Under the pieces are notes generated by a model. It saw nothing but the letters and a program-made list of their open reading frames with translations, was not told the DNA's origin and did not search any database. The translations under genes were made by a program, and so were the position numbers. From assembly GCF_009914755.1 (NCBI RefSeq), contig NC_060936.1: a stretch of 64,000 nt of DNA; one strand, written 5' to 3'. Positions 62,679 through 64,000 of the stretch are shown one piece after another (position 1 is the stretch's first letter; each line of letters opens with the position of its first letter). The stretch comes from the human T2T-CHM13v2.0 reference genome, Homo sapiens.

Positions 62679-63195
62679 CGTATTAGTCAGGGTTCTCTAG
62701 AGGGACTAATAGGATAGATGTATATATGAAAGGGAGTTTGTTAAGGAGTATTGACTCATACCATCACAAGGTGAAGTCCCGCAACAGGCCATCTGCAAGC
62801 TGAGGGATAAGGAAGCCAGCTGGAGTCCCAAAAAGCTTAAAAATAGGGAAGCCAATAGTACAGCCTTTAGTTTGTGGCTGAAGGCTCAAGAGCCCCTGGC
62901 AAACCACTGGTGTAAGTCCAAGAGTCCAAAACCTGAAGAACGTGGAGTCCAATGTTCGAGGGCAGGAAGCATCCAGCAAGAGAGACTCAGCCAGTCCAGT
63001 CCTTCCAAGTTCCTCTGCCTGCTTTTATCCTAGCTGCACTGGCTGCTGATTAGACAGTGCCCACCCCGGTTGAGTGTGGGTCTGCCCTCCTAGTTTACTG
63101 ACTCAAATGTTAATTTCCTTTGGCAACACCGTCACAGGAACAATACTTTGCATCCTTCAGTCCAATCAAGTTGGCAGTCAATATAAACCATCACA
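62679..63195 (-). mobile_element. MLT2A (ERVL) solo LTR
   Basis: gtattagtcagggttctctagaggga...aaccatcaca. Confidence 0.87.
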
Positions 63196-63507
63196 CTGGG
63201 TTAAGCCCAAACTCGTTCTGTGTCCATCAACATTTGGTCCTTCTCTTGACTTTGCTAAAATTGTCTATGACTCATGCTTCCCTCAGTTTCTTAGGAAAAC
63301 TCAGGCTCAAAATCTTGATGCAATGGTTCATTTCTTTTCTCCCTCTCTTGCCTTCTACAACAAGTTCCCAAGTTTTGTTCTCTTGATTGGGCAGTAGCAA
63401 CGACTTCCTAATTGGTCAGGGCCAACACATAGTTTTATTTCACCTTTAACCTTTCTCACATACTACTGACACTTCAATTTTAATCTTAAAATCATAACTT
63501 TGGACAA

Positions 63508-63794
63508 TTTTTTTTTTTTGAGACGGAGTCTCGCTCTGTCACCCAGGCTGGAGTGCAGTGGCACAATCTCTGCTCACTGCAACCTCCACCTCCTGGGATT
63601 CTCCTACCTGAGCCTCCCAAGTAGCTGGGACTACAGGCGCCCACCACCACGCCCAGCTAATTTTTTTTGTGTGTTTAGTAGAGACAGGATTTCACTGTGT
63701 TAGCCAGGATGGTCTCGATCTCCTGACCTCATGATCCACCCGCCTTGGCCTCCCAAAGTGCTGGGATTACAGGCGTGAGCCACTGTGCCTGGCC
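63508..63794 (-). mobile_element. AluSc/Y-like
   Basis: TSD aactttg(g/a)acaatttt. Confidence 0.9.
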
Positions 63795-63814
63795 AACTTT
63801 GAACAATTTTAAAA

Positions 63815-63960
63815 AATTTTTATTTTAAGCTCAAGGGTACACGCGCAGGTTTGTTGTACAGATTATTTTGTCACCCAGGTATTAAGCCTAGTACCCATTA
63901 GTTGTTTTTCCAGATTTATCTACCTCCTCCCAACCTCCACCCTCCGTTAGGGCCTAATGT
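63815..63960 (-). mobile_element. L1PA 3' end fragment
   Basis: gggtacacgcgcaggtttgtt...tcacccaggtattaagcctagtaccc. Confidence 0.8.
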
Positions 63961-64000
63961 CTCTAACTACCATGCTGCGTTTTGATTAAAAGGTTACTGT

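Overview
Human (primate) genomic DNA containing the 5' part of PKP2 (plakophilin-2) on the minus strand. Coding exons 1-4 (223, 113, 698 and 136 nt; codons 1-390, the head domain and start of the armadillo repeats) have canonical GT/AG borders. A CpG-island promoter lies at ~36.2-37.3 kb, followed by ~27 kb of upstream sequence with no recognisable gene. The rest is mostly repeats: about 58 Alus, a fragmented old L1 filling intron 4, L2/MIR, a full-length THE1A provirus, several solo LTRs, Charlie1/MER5 and an RPL35A processed pseudogene. Nearly all ORFs in the supplied track are repeat read-throughs. The most unusual structure is an ~870 bp insertion in intron 4 (4807-5672), flanked by a target-site duplication and apparently built from PKP2's own introns: a ~92% identical copy of most of intron 2 joined to an Alu dimer that shares private mutations with the inverted Alu dimer beside exon 4. 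Its geometry fits reverse transcription of PKP2 pre-mRNA with twin priming or template switching. Other observations are repeated retro-insertions at single target sites, inverted Alus bracketing exons 2-4, and motif clusters (TEAD/AP-1, RUNX/E-box, TCF/LEF) that are candidate enhancers. Repeat boundaries and subfamilies were called by eye and are approximate.
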